Source: Ophelia neglecta (lineage: Eukaryota). From it: a DNA stretch of 64,000 nucleotides. Below, piece after piece: positions 14,901 through 30,558 of the stretch. The position numbers were made by a program, and so were the translations under genes. The stretch spans positions 54,374,001 to 54,438,000 of the forward strand of contig OZ260665.1 in assembly GCA_965285935.1 (NCBI GenBank), written 5' to 3'. The first letter of the stretch is position 1. The number at the start of each line of letters is the position of its first letter. The notes beneath the pieces were generated by a model. That model had not been told where the DNA came from. It did no database searches and saw nothing but the letters and a program-made list of their open reading frames with translations.

Positions 14901-17900
14901 CTCTAGTGGGCGTTTGATTCACACAAATTCAAGGACAGACTTCAACCATAAATTCACTGTACACCAGGGTCACACGGGAACAATTATCCTCATGTTTATA
15001 TTTTGAATGCAAGCATAGATCATTATCTTAAGAAGAAACAGGAGCGGCTATCTTGCAGATAATATAAAATCAAAAAGAAATCGATAAAAGCCGGCTGCAG
15101 GTTTATCCACATCAATTCCCTGCAGCTCCATGATTTCCAATAATATATCGACGAAACGAAAATAGAGCTCACGCTTTACAGTATTTACCTCATATTATGG
15201 TGAAAATCGGATATTTTTTCAAGGTCAAAACATTGATTTTGAAAATGATAGATCTATAGCGACACGAATAGATTATGATTTGTGTTGGTTTATTATTCTT
15301 CCTGATTCATTTTGAATCTATATATTATGTTTTTACGAATCAAATATCAGGAGAGAAAAAACGGTTTGTGCTTTGAGCATTTTAAATAAATTTAACAATA
15401 TTCCAATGTGTGGACGAAAACTCCTGATTACGAAGAAAACTTAATGAATTCACTCTTCCTCTTTAAACCTGTTATAAATATCAGAGAACAATACTCCTTC
15501 GAGTATCTTCGCATCGAAAGCAGTTCAGACAAAGAAAGTTTGTAAAGAAATAACCAATAGATCACCAAAGTTCTTCCGAAAACAACTACTATAGATGCAT
15601 CATGGAAAAATGAAAATACGAATTTCAGGCTGCTTAATATGGCAGCTTTTTTCTGAATGTAATAAGGACTTGTTCTATTCTCCTACATGTAAAATCAGAA
15701 AATAGCGGCTTTGGTTCATTAACAATCCTCTTTAACGAAGGTCAATAATAAATCACTATCTTAGACCTACATACGCTACCAGACTCTAAGATGTAGGTCA
15801 CAGGAGACGAGCAGGTAGTAATTGAAAAATAAAGAACCGGCGATAAGTCTAATGCCTACCAGAAAACCGAGGGAGGCAGGAACGATTTGGTAGTGATGTC
15901 GTTCATAGAATTAAGACGATTCCGTACTACTCCAAAGACTGAACCTATAACCCACATTCACTTTCTGCATTGAAAAAAATTGGTCTCAAGCCATAAACTT
16001 TATTACAGGGAACATCAAGTTTCAAGTTTTGTTCATAACAAAATCAAATAAGGCGTGATTGATGTTTTTTGTGTGCAAATGCGTCATTCCTATGTCGGGT
16101 GGGCCAGACGTGCTGAATGAATGATAAAGAGTAACCAAACTTTGTAAGCGAAGTCACAATAAATGAATATTATTATCATTATTATAAAAACTTAACTTTT
16201 AACTGTTGTTGGATACACTTGAGAACCCTTGGGAAGCAATTACTCAAAATTAGTTTACATATTCTCTCCATCAATAAAGAAACCAACTGAAAAAGTGTGT
16301 GTAAATTTATAGCCAGTTAACTTAGGACGAAGATCAAACGTGTCCTAGAAGGGTCTACGTTTGACTTAGATGTCTTACAAATGGGAAACAGCGAGTGTAA
16401 TTGTCTCCATAAACGAATGCCTAATGAAAAATGTAAATGTCCTTGCTGTCTGAAAAGGAAATGGGTATTTCTTCCTAGACATCATTTCCTGAAGAGAAAA
16501 GTGTATCTGTTTCTAAGAAAATGTTCAAGCGCTAGTTTTTACTATAAAGAGGTTTTAGAAACATTTGCTATAATACACCCTATGCAAATTTAAATGTATC
16601 GCGCGAGCATTAAACCTGTATTGAATATTTCCCTGTGCTATTATTAACTGTTATTTTCACTCTTACTTAATTAAATTGCTGGAACGTATTCGCATAAGAA
16701 TGAAAGGGTTGATATGATTGCAGCGCCATTGAGGGATGTAGTGGGTTTTGTTATCTATTTTGAAAAATCCAAAAAACTGGAATGGATACCCGGTAGAATA
16801 AGCAAACTCAGATTTACAGATATGAATACAGAAATGAAGTAATAAGGAATAAATTTTAATGTCAGTCTTCTGTCATTAAAAATTCAGGACTTTTTTACAA
16901 CATGCAAATGGCTTGTGTTGGCTAAGAGTATTTAACTGTCATAACAGAATCCTGCTTATAGACATTCATGAATTTATCGCATTTATGGAATTCGGGTGAC
17001 ATCTACCAAGTTATGAGGAATTTGAATAATGAAGAAACCTAGCACTCGTATCATTTTAAGCGCAATTTTCAGTTAACAGACTACACAGCTACATTAATAT
17101 TGACCACGCTTGTCTAATCCACGCACCTGCAATAACATCCGGATAGTTAGCTAGCAAGATACATCAGAATAGAAAAAACGCATTGCATCTACTTATAAGG
17201 GGGATTATCCAATCTAATATTTCATACTTGAATTCGTGTGTATTCCTAGAATTGATTTCGAAAATAGTTTATAACGACCACGCATCGCCACCATTGCCTC
17301 TGCATTCAGTGCCCATTGTGCACCTGAACCATCTGCAAATACTGTAGATAATAACCCTTCATTGTGTATCTTAGGTTATATGCCCAAGAGGCGTGTTCAG
17401 TAAAAATGTTGTCCTTTGTGGGTGAAGCTATCCAAATGCTTTCTATAAAGCTGTGCGTCACAAGTGCACACATTCCCATATTATTCTTGGAGGGGAGAGT
17501 TGCAAGCTGCATAGATTATTTCCCAGTGAGCGTGCACAAGGCTACTGAACATCTGGAAAAAGTGGTCATAATGCACATCATTCATGGACAACAAAACAAC
17601 GAACTGTGTACTAAAAGACGAGATCTCATCATTAGACTTAAGGTACTGCTAAAGTAATTCATACAAAATAATCGTCTGAATGAATTAATTTCAGTGAAAA
17701 ATCTCGCAGGAGATGCTGTGGTTATTTTCTATCGATAAGTGCCAGCAATAGAAACATATAAATAAATAATATCAAATTGCCCGAAATTATTTCGCACAAC
17801 CTAACAGTCTCGTTGTGTCTAGCAAACAAGATTCGTGTCATGCTTGGCGGCATCAGATTAAGATCTTTAACCTTATTTTCACATTAATTGGCGTTGTAAA

Positions 17901-20900
17901 CAAATAAGTCTGTGATGCATTACGTATTATTCATATTCATTTTAGTGAGATCACATGGATCACATTTAAATATCGATTTGCTTATAGCCAGGATAATTTT
18001 TTTATAAAGGTATATATTAGTTCTTTACCTGAATTAACATCATTTTCATTGTTTACTTAATCACAACTTAAACTAAAATAGTATGATTACTTTACTTATA
18101 TCTGAATATATTTTCTTTCGTACTCTTGGCATAATGGCCTCTATATTTGTTTCCATGAAATCTTATAGGTTTCCTTCACAGAGGTAATGGCCCATTACCG
18201 ACCAAACCCATTTTCCATTCCTATAGACCTCTTTGACACTGCCCAACCTCATATGCTTCATTAGACTAAACCTAATGCAGTCTGATGAAATTTCGGTGCA
18301 CTTTTACTTTCGACGCTGCCTGTTACCAAATCTTCTTAATTCTCCCTGTATGCCCATAAGAGAAATTGTAAAGAAGACAATATTCCAAAATATCAAATTA
18401 TTGAAAGGCTAAAGGGTGTTTCCTCTGACATTGACATCATCATTAGATTTAAGCAACACATTTGTGAATTTTAGAAATCAAATTTGGCAATATCGCCATT
18501 TGGCAACCATTCTTTTGGATTTTTCACGATGGGTTGTTAAGGTCAATGTTCTTCCCTTTATATATAGAAATATGACAGAACAATGTAAACCTAATCAGAA
18601 ATGTCAAATATTTATATCACAAATATGATGAAAGAATATCAACAAAGAGCCTGCAGTCTTATTTGCCCATATCCTGCTTGGCAGTGTAAGAGCTCATGCC
18701 AAGGCCATTACCGTAAATTTATGACCGGAATCACTGGTGCAAGAACAAACTTGACCATATACATTAAGTAAGTGTGGTCTTCCGATTCGCTATCATGCCA
18801 TTATCAACTGATCTAAAAAGGATGTACCATAAACAGGCAAATAATCGGGCTAAACATTTATATCAACTAACATTTAACACTTTTGTTAAGCGTCCACTCA
18901 TACGTTCAATGCCGTTTTCGAATACAATACTTACTTTCAACGAGCAGTAACTTCTCCAGATGAATACTTGTTATAAATAATTAATGAAAGACATTATCCA
19001 TAAATTACAATGCAACGACTGGCACGATGGTCAAAGGTTCACTTATTTAAAGGAAACATTGGGTCATGGTGCATTATTATTTTCTAAGATAAGGATTTGA
19101 ACCTTCGTCCATTGAAATGACGTATCTCACCTCTTAACCAAGATGATATAATTGTATTAGGAAAAATCAAAGCCCGAACGAGTATCACATAATGAATGTA
19201 GCCGACCCCAAGAGAACTCAGAGCAAACATAATATTCAAAATGTGTGACTAATTAACCATAAAAATAATAAGGTTTAGTAATGAAGAACTAATTATAATG
19301 GTGATTGCTTTATTAGTTTTTCTCATGGGCAAATTAATTGTATCTTTTATGAATGAAATGGTACCTGGGTTATGTAACTGGCATGCATAGTCACGGAGCA
19401 CATGCTCTATGAAATGTGAGACTTGTTTCCTTTGATCACGTAAAGAAATGTGATGACTTAGATGGGCTCATCGACCGAGTGCCGAAGAAAAAGGGTAAGA
19501 ATCCATCTTTTCCTGAAAACCCTGTGACCCGTATAAACGGAAGGATATCATCATTATGCTAACGATGTTTGTTACCAATTAGAGGCTATTTTTTCTATAA
19601 AGTTTATATTCATATGCACTTTCTTTAATACCTTGGTGCCTTACAATCCAAAAGCGCTAACCTCAAGATAATGAGCGTTTAGGTTAGGGAACATTGGCGA
19701 CAAAACATGTATATTTACTCTTGATATGTAATTAATATATTCAGTTTTTCTGTGTCCTATCAAAAACAAGCTTTCCAAAAGAGAGGTGTTTCGATGAAAC
19801 AAGAAGAGTGGAACATGCTGCTTTGGGTTCTGCTTTTGCGCAATGCATTATCGTTTTAGTATCTTAGACTAATTGAGGCATATGCGAATCAGGCTCAGAC
19901 GAAATTCCCATTTTAATGTCTAGTTGTAACGATAATTGCGCTCACCTTCTTACCAGTTTTTGATGTGCACCCTCATTACAAAGCTTTGACCTTTCGAGTA
20001 TGTCTATCAATTCGACAGGACTCACCTGAGATCTAATGTGTTGAATGGAAGCTTTATAGAACCTAGATTCATTAAAGGAAACCCTTGCATAGACGCGAGC
20101 ACAAATGACGCCATGCCTGTTTTACTGATGGCAACACACCTTTACTGAATTATTCTTGATTCTGTCGCAACCAGAAATAAGGGAATGATGGGTTTAGTTA
20201 AAATTGGCTAAGATAACTTATAATGTGCTTCCCATGTTTGCTCATAAATTTAATAGCATATCATAAATGTCAGAAGCATAAACGTCATGTCTTATCACAT
20301 TTAAACACAACGATTGCCTACTAACCCAGGTTATCGTAAGATTTATTTGTCCGTCATAATTTTTATAATAGACATGAAACGAACATTACGGTTTTTTTTA
20401 AAGCTTAGGTTTGCACCATTGCTTAAAACATACGTCTGGACATAATCTCGGACGTTCCATTATTCTTCTGCAGATAATGTTTTTTATGTGAAATCTTAAG
20501 CGTTATCTTTGATAAACCAAACACCGGTGCAATATGTTGACTGTTAAAACATTAAAGGGCTAGGATGAATACATTATATTATATGCGCTGTAAAAGAGGA
20601 TATTAATTATTCAAATAGGACTCACATTCGTTTATAAGCTTAAAGACTGCGGACATAGATAAATATATGGCTATATAAAGAACTTCTCTTTTGATTGACA
20701 AAAAAATTAATTATTTTGATAACCGTTATTAATTGGAACTATAAACAATAGTCATGTGTTTTTCTTTTGGTTTAATTTTTTCTTATATAGATACATCAAT
20801 ACATAATGTAAAGAGATTTTTTTGCAAATGGGCGCCTTGCATCCATCCATCATAAATTTTGCATAAAATGACTACCTTTATATTTTCAGTTAAAAATGCT

Positions 20901-21511
20901 ACAATATTACTGCGCATCGATATCATTAATTTAGAGAGCAGTGAACTGTCAATTAAAAACCAAATTTACATCATGCATTTTTATACGGGAATATGCATTA
21001 TAGTGAAATGTATAGGAACAATGCCTTTTCATTTCAACTGTAGAAATTGTGTTTTACAATGACCGTTTACCGGATACTTCCGTTCCAACAATATATATTA
21101 CGAACTTTCCGTTTCGTTTTTATAATACCTTAATGGATGTAGGATATTAGTTTTCCAGACTTCAAAACCCGCAATGGTCCATTACCGACCATAAACACAA
21201 ATGTAGATTTTGCAGAGCGGATAAGTGGTAAATCGATCAACTAGTGATACAACATAAAACATTACACAGTCATAGATGTATGACAGATGAACATTTTCCC
21301 TCATGAGCCAGTTTGATTTTGTCCATGTTGCCATGGTAACGGGCTTTCAATTACTAAAATGTCACTCCCGGATAGGGCACTCCTGCTCCTTTAAATGTTC
21401 AACTTGGACAAAATAATCGCTGATGGGTAAGTTATCCTTTTTTGAAGGATCATGATCGATGTTGAGATAATAACATCGGTCATCTGTTGTCAATGTAACA
21501 GGATGTTGTAT

Positions 21512-21551
21512 TGTTAATTGTGTATATTTTCTGTTAATTGTGTATATTTTC
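21512..21551 (+). repeat. 20-bp perfect tandem duplication
   Basis: TGTTAATTGTGTATATTTTC x2. Confidence 0.95.
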
Positions 21552-22959
21552 TGTTTTCTGTTTTGTGTTTAATATAAGTTGTGATCTTAATGTTTTCTAT
21601 CCATTTCCTATATTATACAACACGTACGTTAGACCAAACCGTTAGATAGGGAACAAGCATACAATTGAAACCTCTAATCAAGAAACTTATTCCGGATACA
21701 AGCCATCTCATTTGGTTTCCGATATACATTTTAAGTTTTGCGCATTATAGCAGCATCAAAAGCTGACCGGACATGGCCGACATTTCGGCTATCAGAAGAA
21801 TTAAATAAATTAAGGAATGTTTTCATTCTGTAATTCCTCTCAATTCTGTGTATGATATCGATCGATTTTGAGATATTTGGAATCCTTGGAATACGGTCTT
21901 TTAATTCTAATACTATATGCACCTAAACTGTAAAACAGCTGGTTTGGCACCTAATAGAGTCTCGATCTTAAATAGTTTATAGCCATGATGTGCATATATC
22001 AGATCAAATGACAAAGGAAGGCCTTCCAAATAGTGTAAGCCTAAAAGCCTTTCGCACAGGCATGGTCTCACAGTTCGTGATTAAGTTTGCTTTCCGATGA
22101 AAGGCAGCGTAGTGGCTTGAGGCTACCAGCTGCTCACAAGAAACTGATTTCGTGTTTCTTCGATCAAATCGTGCAAACTCATCGATTGGCGGTTATGTGG
22201 GTATAAATCCCATTGCTTGTTAAGAACTGGAGTGTTCCAATAAACCCGTGTCAAATGACAAATCAACCTTCTTTGGACACTTCATCTGTCAACAACTGCG
22301 CACATAATTTTTACTTTTATGCAAAATAATACGTTCTCTCGCAATTGAGTAGTGAGCTAACTTTTAAATCAAAAGATAGCTAGCCATTCAAATTCCACCA
22401 GATATTGCCAAATCTACAAGGAGATTTGCTATCCTTTTTTAAATTCTTTGGTAGGCCGATATCAGTACTCTTTTATTTAGGCTTTAGTTTTCATTAAGTA
22501 CATATGTGATCGCGTCACAGTGTTTGCTTTAGTACATTCTACTTTAGTAAATAAAAACAAGAGTGGACACTCATCCAACAAAACTAGAGCAACGATAGAA
22601 GATTGCCATCAAATGGTGACTCTAAAACCTTTCTAATGATATTCTTATTTCGGAACAAGAAATTTCCTAGATTGAGCTACGCACAGCAGCGGGTTGGTGG
22701 ACTCCCATCAACGCGGCAGCTCAGTGATGCACGCTTAGTATCACGATTCCGGGTCTTGTACATCATTAAATAAAGCGTCTTTTCATTACTTCACTGAAAG
22801 GCTATGCCGGTCATAGAGAACCAGTGGAAAAAGCTCTTGTATTGTGGGATGAGTAACCAATCTAGCAGCGATGTGTTTTGCCTTCTGTAACTGTCTCCGC
22901 ATAGACATCACTAAGCAAAGATTTTCGGTCAGTTAAGGATGCAAAGAATGTATAAGTGC

Positions 22960-23130
22960 TTCTTTTATTTGTTATATTCCTTGTTTTCACATGACGTCGT
23001 TATTTCTTCTTCTTCACAAGCTTATTTAAAACCCGCTGTGAACTGGTCTCTCAAGACAACAGCTAACAGTTCCTGTTTAATTCAGAACATTTCAATGAAG
23101 ACTTCCTGCAAAATGGATTGAGTGATTGTC
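22960..23130 (-). mobile_element. Possible decayed Gypsy gag fragment
   Basis: Minus strand reads ELLAVVLRDQFTAGF, similar to the LRDQFxxGL gag motif. Single short motif only. Confidence 0.3.
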
Positions 23131-26100
23131 CGCATGGTATCCACTTCCCTAATGTTTGTTCTCAACAGGCATCATAACTACAACCACTGAAATGCTAGAT
23201 ATCGTTGATTTTGAAAGCGCTTCGAGTGAGTAAAAGTGCCCTAACCAAGTAGCTTGTTTTTGACTATAGAAAAAACGAGAGTGGATAAACGGCAGGCAAA
23301 GTCAAATAATCTAGAATAGTTCTTTATCGGTCAGAATTCACCAGGAAACATGAGTTCGGTTTCATCCTGACCTCTTCCTCGAAGAGGCACTCATCTACTC
23401 ATCAAGAATAAAATATACAGAGATATGCTTCACATCCAGAAACCTCTGTGTTTCAGCACTGCATATATGAAGGGGATGTACCTAGGAGTAATTGAGGAAT
23501 CCGAGGGAAATAATGTACACGAGAAGCAGCAGTAGTCCCTGAACCGATACCAGTTCAAGTTTCTACTATAACCAATACTTAACTAACATCAAGTGACATG
23601 TTCGCAGATTGCAGCTAAAATATCACGCGGGGGCTAGGTCAGCTATAAAAGAACGGTGGGTTTCCTAGACAGGAGACATCGTTGCGTCGAAAAGGAAATC
23701 TTAGGCCTATTGCTCAGCCTAATTGTATGATGGTGACGTACTAATGCTAGACGACGCACAATGCGGTGGCGCCATCAGCATTTTGGAACTACAAGACTTA
23801 ACTGTGAGTTACAAGCCCCACTTAAAACATATCCCGTCCTTTCATGCTTTCCTCGGAAGCTGCTCGAATCGATTCCACAGATATATCAATTTATGTATGA
23901 GACCAATTTGTAATAAAAGTAGACACCTAATATTTTGGCAGACTTCAAAGTAAATCACCTTCTTAGAGTCAAACATGGACAGTGAATGTTTAATATATTC
24001 TCTCTGGATCGATACCTATATTTTATGGGGGTACACATGGCTCATAAACAGCCAATATTTGTTTATATAACTTCGCCCATTTAGTTTGTTTGTTTAAGTC
24101 ATATTGCTCTTTTATTGTTAGGTATCCAAGCAGCGTCTAAAACACAACGATAATGAGCATTTCACTTATTATTTTCTTCGCATCTTTGCACCTAAATTAC
24201 GATTGTTCAGGAGTTTCACCTCGAAGCAAAATTAGCAATAGCAAGTTCAAGTTATCCACTCCCATATTGTTCACGTATTAGTTTTATTTTATTGCTTTTT
24301 AAATGGTTTAAACGAATTGTAAAGGATGCGCAAACTAACCAGTGGGGAAAGCATTTGACTAAGAAACGCGATTAAATCGATGTATATATCACCTTACTAT
24401 GACTATTGCATCAAATGACCTAGATTCTTACTCGGTGTTAAACCCCTATCGAAAGTTTTAAACAGAGGGATCAACCTTGTTTTGATAACCTATCACAACG
24501 AAGCAGCACTAAGAAGGCATGTTATGACAACAATGCAAAAAAATGCCTCCTGCCCTCTTACAACACATGGTACAGTTAATGGCACAAATTCGTGTTTTTG
24601 GTATAATTCAAAGCTCAGCTGACAATAGCTTGTAATCATAATTATGACGATCACTCAAAAATATTTTAACTGCAAATTATTGTAGGGGCATTTACTACTT
24701 CAAATACTAATACTTATAAGGGCATCCATATGACAAATGTATAAGTATTGATATGGAAGAGCAAAGACAATTCATGTGTTCATGCGCAAATGTGTTCACT
24801 AGTAGATTGCATGTGTGCCTCAGCTCAAAGCGAACAGTTCCCAACTGCAACATTGATAGAATACACACCTACTCTGAATTGATTCCTAACCTGGCACGTT
24901 ATCCGAGCTGATCCCCTATTACCGATAATTGGAAAAAGTCGGCGACTAGCCTCTCAGCATGCAGTAATGGATGCTCTTCCTGCATTGATTATTACCCAAA
25001 TAGCCATGTAGCTGTACATTTTACCTACATGTTGTTATGCTAGTTACATACATGTAGTTATGTTAAACGATCGACGGATCAGGTACCCACCGTTAGGGTT
25101 TTCCTGGTACACACGTTCGAATCCATCCTTAGCTAATGTTCCATTGTTACCTCATTGAGGTTTGCCTACATCAGGGACTGGGGCAGTCCTACTTGGCAGA
25201 TATGGCCAATGAGTGGGAGGTAAGCAGGCAATGCTGTATAATCAATATAAAGAAGCTACCCAGCTAAGCGATAAACTATTCTCTTAAAAACGTGTTTGGT
25301 GGAGCATTGTCGCATGCAAAATAAATCAACTCTGTCAAATAAGTACCAACTATAGCCATTAAAACAACGATAAACATCTGGGCTGTTCTAATGTTTTATT
25401 AAAACTGTCTCCTGTTCTATGTTCATCTGTCTGCATGTTTTTCTGTATGTTTATGTTCCTGCCTATGTGTGTCTGTCTCACATGAAGTAGCAAAACGGTC
25501 CCTCCTACAATTAAGTTCAATGAAAGTATCAAATGCCATTGGTCAACTATGAATGGCTGATAAACTGAAGCTGTTAGTACCTCGCCATGATGAAGGATTT
25601 TTTGGTTAATTTAAATGACAAGGAAGATCGAATATCTGGCATATACTAAATAAGCAAAAGTGCCATAAAGGCAAGACGAGAGAGAGAGTTAGTATGTGAG
25701 AGATTTCGCAATATACAGATTATTGGTTTTCCACGAATCAATTGGTGATTAAAAATCGAGGACAACTTTGCATCAGCTGAATATCATTACATCTCCATGC
25801 ACCTATTAAATACGTTATCTCCAAAATTGTTAATGCCAATATCGAAATAGGACTAAGATATTTTATTACAGAGTAGACTTAGTACGTGACTGGAATTCAA
25901 CACTTGAGCGGACTGTCAGCGTACCTATGCTAGATGCATCATCCTCAATCGGCTCCCTTTTATGGACAGAAACATAAAGATTACCTACATGCCACCTTTT
26001 TTTGCATCCTTATATAAGTCGGTTTGTATAGTACCGGCTTATCCCGCTCTCTTGCCACATTTCGATAGAAACCGGACAATTGACACAGGTTGAGGATTTG

Positions 26101-29100
26101 ATGATATGCACTACATGAGTCAGGAGCTGAGACTGACAGTGACTGATTGCCCACATTAGCAGTGAGCGCCGTTTGCTCAATAAGATTCTTTCTTGTCTTT
26201 CACGAAAAAAGTATTATATCTTGTTTTTTCCCGTTATGTCTAAGGTCTGACTTTATTGCGTTTCATACAGTGAATGGGGCCTAATATAAATGCATGATTG
26301 CAGTTAGGAGGGAAGCTACATCTGTAAAGTAAAGGTCTTTCCGGAATAATTTATCAGGTTCGATGCAAAATTCAAGTATGTTTTCCTTCTGTGTGACTAG
26401 GATAAGGAATTATCAATGAATCCCCATTGCTAACTCTCCACACAATGCGCCGAGCCAGCCTCATACTTATGCTCCAATTTATAAGTGGCATGTTAAAGAC
26501 CAAACAGTCCCTGATAAGATGGATTTGCCAATTCTTTAGTGATTTGGATAGTTGTATGTATGATCCTTCCTAGGTGTAACGGTACCCTCTTTTAAATTAG
26601 TCATGAAATTGTTATAAAGCTTTATGTTATTAAGATGACAGTGTTTAAACCATCAAAACTTATCATCGATTGAAATCATAAGTTCATAGTGTTTATCATT
26701 AGCTTTAGATTGGAAAATAAGTGTTGTCATTTGTTAGTGGTCGTTGCTGGTCGAACGTGGAGGAACCTGATGAATACAATTTTAAATAGAATAAATAGAA
26801 AATACACGTCCTTGAACCTACTGCTTATCAACGACGGTAGATAGAGAATACCCTTCAACAGATAAAGCAAAGGTGGAATATCGAGGTGCTAACTAGTTTA
26901 TCATACAGGTCTAGCATCACGTGAAGAAAGGCTAGTATCAGCGCACCTCTTCTTATCTTGTCGTATTAAAACCAGCACTGACGCCATGCGATGAATCAAT
27001 GTCAGTATATTTGAACAACGATCATACTCATCTAGGCCTAAATTCTCCTGTACGTTAGGGCGTTAATGTATTTTTCATGACGTGGAAATTAAATTATGAT
27101 TAAAAGTAAATGGTTTAGATAAATTTATGGCATATGCCACGAATTGAAACCCTACAATTCAATATATCGGCTATTGATTTATACAAGACTCACATCCTAA
27201 ATAGTCTTTTATGAGGAAAATTCAACTTGAAAAATCTCGGGATACTATAATAACACATATTATTAATCACATAAAGTGACGTTGAGTGAGCAGTGGATAT
27301 GCGGCAGATACGATAAAATTAGCGCCCAAGTAAATATCCATTAACTTAGTGCACTCCATTGGGAAGCCAGGGGCATAAACCATCCACTCCATGTTCCACA
27401 ACTACAGAGTTCAAAATAATATATAAGGCCACGATTCTTGCATTATATCAGAATCCAAGACAGTAAATTCCGGAATAAGCACGTTATAGCAAAAATGAAC
27501 ACATGGAATGAAAAGAAACGGTAAAATAAGATATTTGGATGTAAACTAAAACAGTGTGTAATATGCCTGAATAAACAAAGAATTCGGGGCACAAAATAGG
27601 GTACATAATATCAATCCAGTATCTCCTTGCGAACTTGCTTTCAAAGTTCCCTTTCCTACTGGCTTTGTTCGAGGCTTTAAAGACTCGCGCAATTCCGTGC
27701 TTGGCTTCCAAACATAATCTAGTACACCTGTTTCACATAAGGCATTGAACATCGGAATGGTTATTCATTAATTAATAAAGCGGAATGAAAATGGAAAGAT
27801 ATGTAAGGGAGGATTTGTCTGTTAATTGTTATGACGTGGGCCTGTTTATTATAAAAAAAAATATTATATAAATGGGATATGATAGTACTTGCAATGAGAC
27901 AACAGCAGTCTGTTGTGAATGAAACCACAAAAGCAACGCATATACCGTTGGAGGAGGATATAGGAGGGACGAGGTGTGGGTCGCTTGGGGAAGGAGCACC
28001 ATCTTTAACATGATATGTCAAGGAGCAAATAACGCCGGTTTAGTGTGTGGGCCCATCTCCTGGTTATTTGAGTTAGGAAAATAAAGTTACCCTGCCACTT
28101 AAAGCTCAACCTAAGCCAAACTGTGCGAATTACACCTAGTTTCAATTACACTGCTTATCATTAAACAAGTATATTAGTTACGGTACGTTCGTCAAAGCCG
28201 TGCAAGCCCTATTTTTGTCTAAATTTACAGACTAACACAATTTTTGCCTAAAGGGAGAAACCCCAATTGCACATTATTGAAAACAAACTGTATTAAATAG
28301 AAACACTCACCTCCTTGTATTATAGTTAGGATTGTGAAAATAGGAAGCTTGTGTACTTATCCAAAGATTGAAAATCGCAATGTTAGTGAAACACATTGGC
28401 TATTGGCAGGCTTGTTATCGCTATACTGAAAGTCATCTTGGCAGCCGAAGCCATGTAGGCAGTTGTGTTCAGGAAGGATTTGTCGACTAACGAAGGAGAG
28501 CTCTTCAGTGCCCGTGTTTACACGGAGGAAGCATAGCATTGTTGACCCGCTGTGGTGGGGTCGAATTGTGGTCAGTCTGAGCCAAAGTAATAAGATGTGG
28601 GAATTGCAGGAACTGAAGAATGCTGAGTTTTGGTCATCTCTGCAGAATCCCGAGGGATCTCGCTCGACGGGGAACCACGCCGCTCACATTTGTTGCAATT
28701 AAGAAATCAGCGACGGAATGCCTACATCGCCGCTTCATCGAGAGTTCACGAAGGCAAGATCATTGATATGTTATGAAGACAAGGCCTATTATCACGTGTG
28801 TGGTCTTCCAATGCAAGTAGTGAACGACTTTCTTTCCATATGGAAGGAATATGTAAAACAAATTTATGGCCATTTTCTTTGAAATCAAAACAGTTCGATT
28901 TGTTTAATTTACCTTGCCATTGCAACCTTTGGTACACAAAATGTGCAATAGGCAATCACGGTTCTATAATTTCATTTGCGGTATATGTCCCCAGATCTAA
29001 GGAAGCGGCCCGATCAATCATCCCTCGATAAATTGTGCAGTAGCCAGGCACAGAGAACGTGGCGAGAATCAAAGGCCCATTTCATTGTCGGGGGTAGGTG

Positions 29101-29728
29101 ATTCACTCTCTATAATATCAATGCAATAAAGGCATCCCCACTCTATGCTGCACGCAGCAGGAGTCCTGATGTTTACCACTCGTGTTATCGATGGAAACGG
29201 TCTGGGGAAGATCTAACTTGCCACTTACTGCTTCTATATATTAGTACTTCGGGTCAAATACGACATTCCGTCAAATTAACAATGTAAAGGCGCATGATAC
29301 TAATGAGCATATAATACAGGGACCGATCCTTTATTGTCCTCCCGATATTCATTGCTGTATGGTATCCGCATATACTGGGATAGAAATTTTTAAGTGGGAG
29401 AATTAAAACCGTTTGTTGATATTCTTATGCTACATTGTTGAATATGCCAAACAATCCGAGAGCAGTTGATTTTCTACCATAGATGACCCCGCTCTTTAAA
29501 CTAAAAAATACAACTAGGTAACAGTACGTCTGTGAATAAAGTACCATCAATATCAAAACATTAATTTTGGAGATGCATGCGTATCGCTAGCATCTGTGTC
29601 TAATTACAATAATTGGGTGATCGGCATGTGAATTATTTACTCTAAACTCTGATTTACCTATTAACCAGCATGTATGAGATAAATCCCTGTATACCTAGTC
29701 CTTATATTCTTGCAAAGTTGAATACATT

Positions 29729-29745
29729 GGGGGGGGGGGGGGGGG
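29729..29745 (+). repeat. Poly(G)17
   Basis: Direct reading. Confidence 0.95.
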
Positions 29746-30558
29746 ACTTGTAAGGGTAACAATGTCAGTTCTATTGATCATCAACTATTCGAAATTTAAA
29801 AAATTGATTCAAATTGGTCGTATAATAATCCATGTTTATGAAGAGCAATCGAATTCAGTCTTGTGTATTACATCGCACAGCCACTGCTGTGAGTGTAACG
29901 ACTGATATTTGTTCAGAAAGAAACACTGTTCTCTTCGCAACCAATTCACTTGTAAGAAAATCTCAATTGTAGGTGCAACTTGGGAACAGCGGAGATTTAA
30001 ACCACTCCTGATTGATTGTCAGCTCAAATAACACTTGTATGATGGTTTTCACATGTTTTCCGAGATCAAATAATCAGTAAATCAAATTTCGTGAAACGTA
30101 GGGTGGCCAGAGGTTGAGTTTGCCAAGAAAACTTAGAAAACTCGCCTCCAGTCCTTGGCATCCATGTGCTTTGGTTGGATAGCCTAAGTGTTCTACAAAT
30201 AGTCCATGAGCTAAGAAGTCAAAGTTCGATTTCCCCAAGAGGTGATCAATGCACCACAGGATAACCAGTAACCTATAATTTATGAATGTGCTTATTCCCA
30301 AAGTTCTCTGGTGTTCGTTTCCACTGTAATGATAAAGTTATTACGATAAGGCAACTTCCTTCGGAAAGAGAAAGATCCGTTCATGTAGATCACGGGCCCG
30401 AATGATTTTTCGAAAGCGAAATATTGCAATTAATTATTTCAATTTTACAAAGTCTATTGTTTTTGATACATATGGTTACCGCAGCCTGTTTTTCTATGAC
30501 CACTTACGCAAACGATGATTATTCCTCTAACATTGATTTAATTACCAAACAAAACCAC

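Noticed and set aside
16381-16593. Cys-rich metallothionein-like peptide (MGNSECNC...KCKCPCC)
   Set aside because: Cys pattern is confined to the N-terminus, the rest is random-like, and there is no splice or promoter support.
25075-25135. tRNA gene or SINE head (GTTCGAATCC B-box)
   Set aside because: No convincing A-box or cloverleaf.
20020-28312. Isolated strong minus-strand donors (CAG|GTGAGT at ~20025, GAG|GTGAGT at ~28310)
   Set aside because: No convincing paired acceptor with an open frame; such 9-mers can occur by chance in 64 kb.
28560-28700. PHD or zinc-knuckle relic (CNKCE..AWF) on the minus strand
   Set aside because: Requires frameshifts and lacks the remaining His/Cys ligands; too weak.
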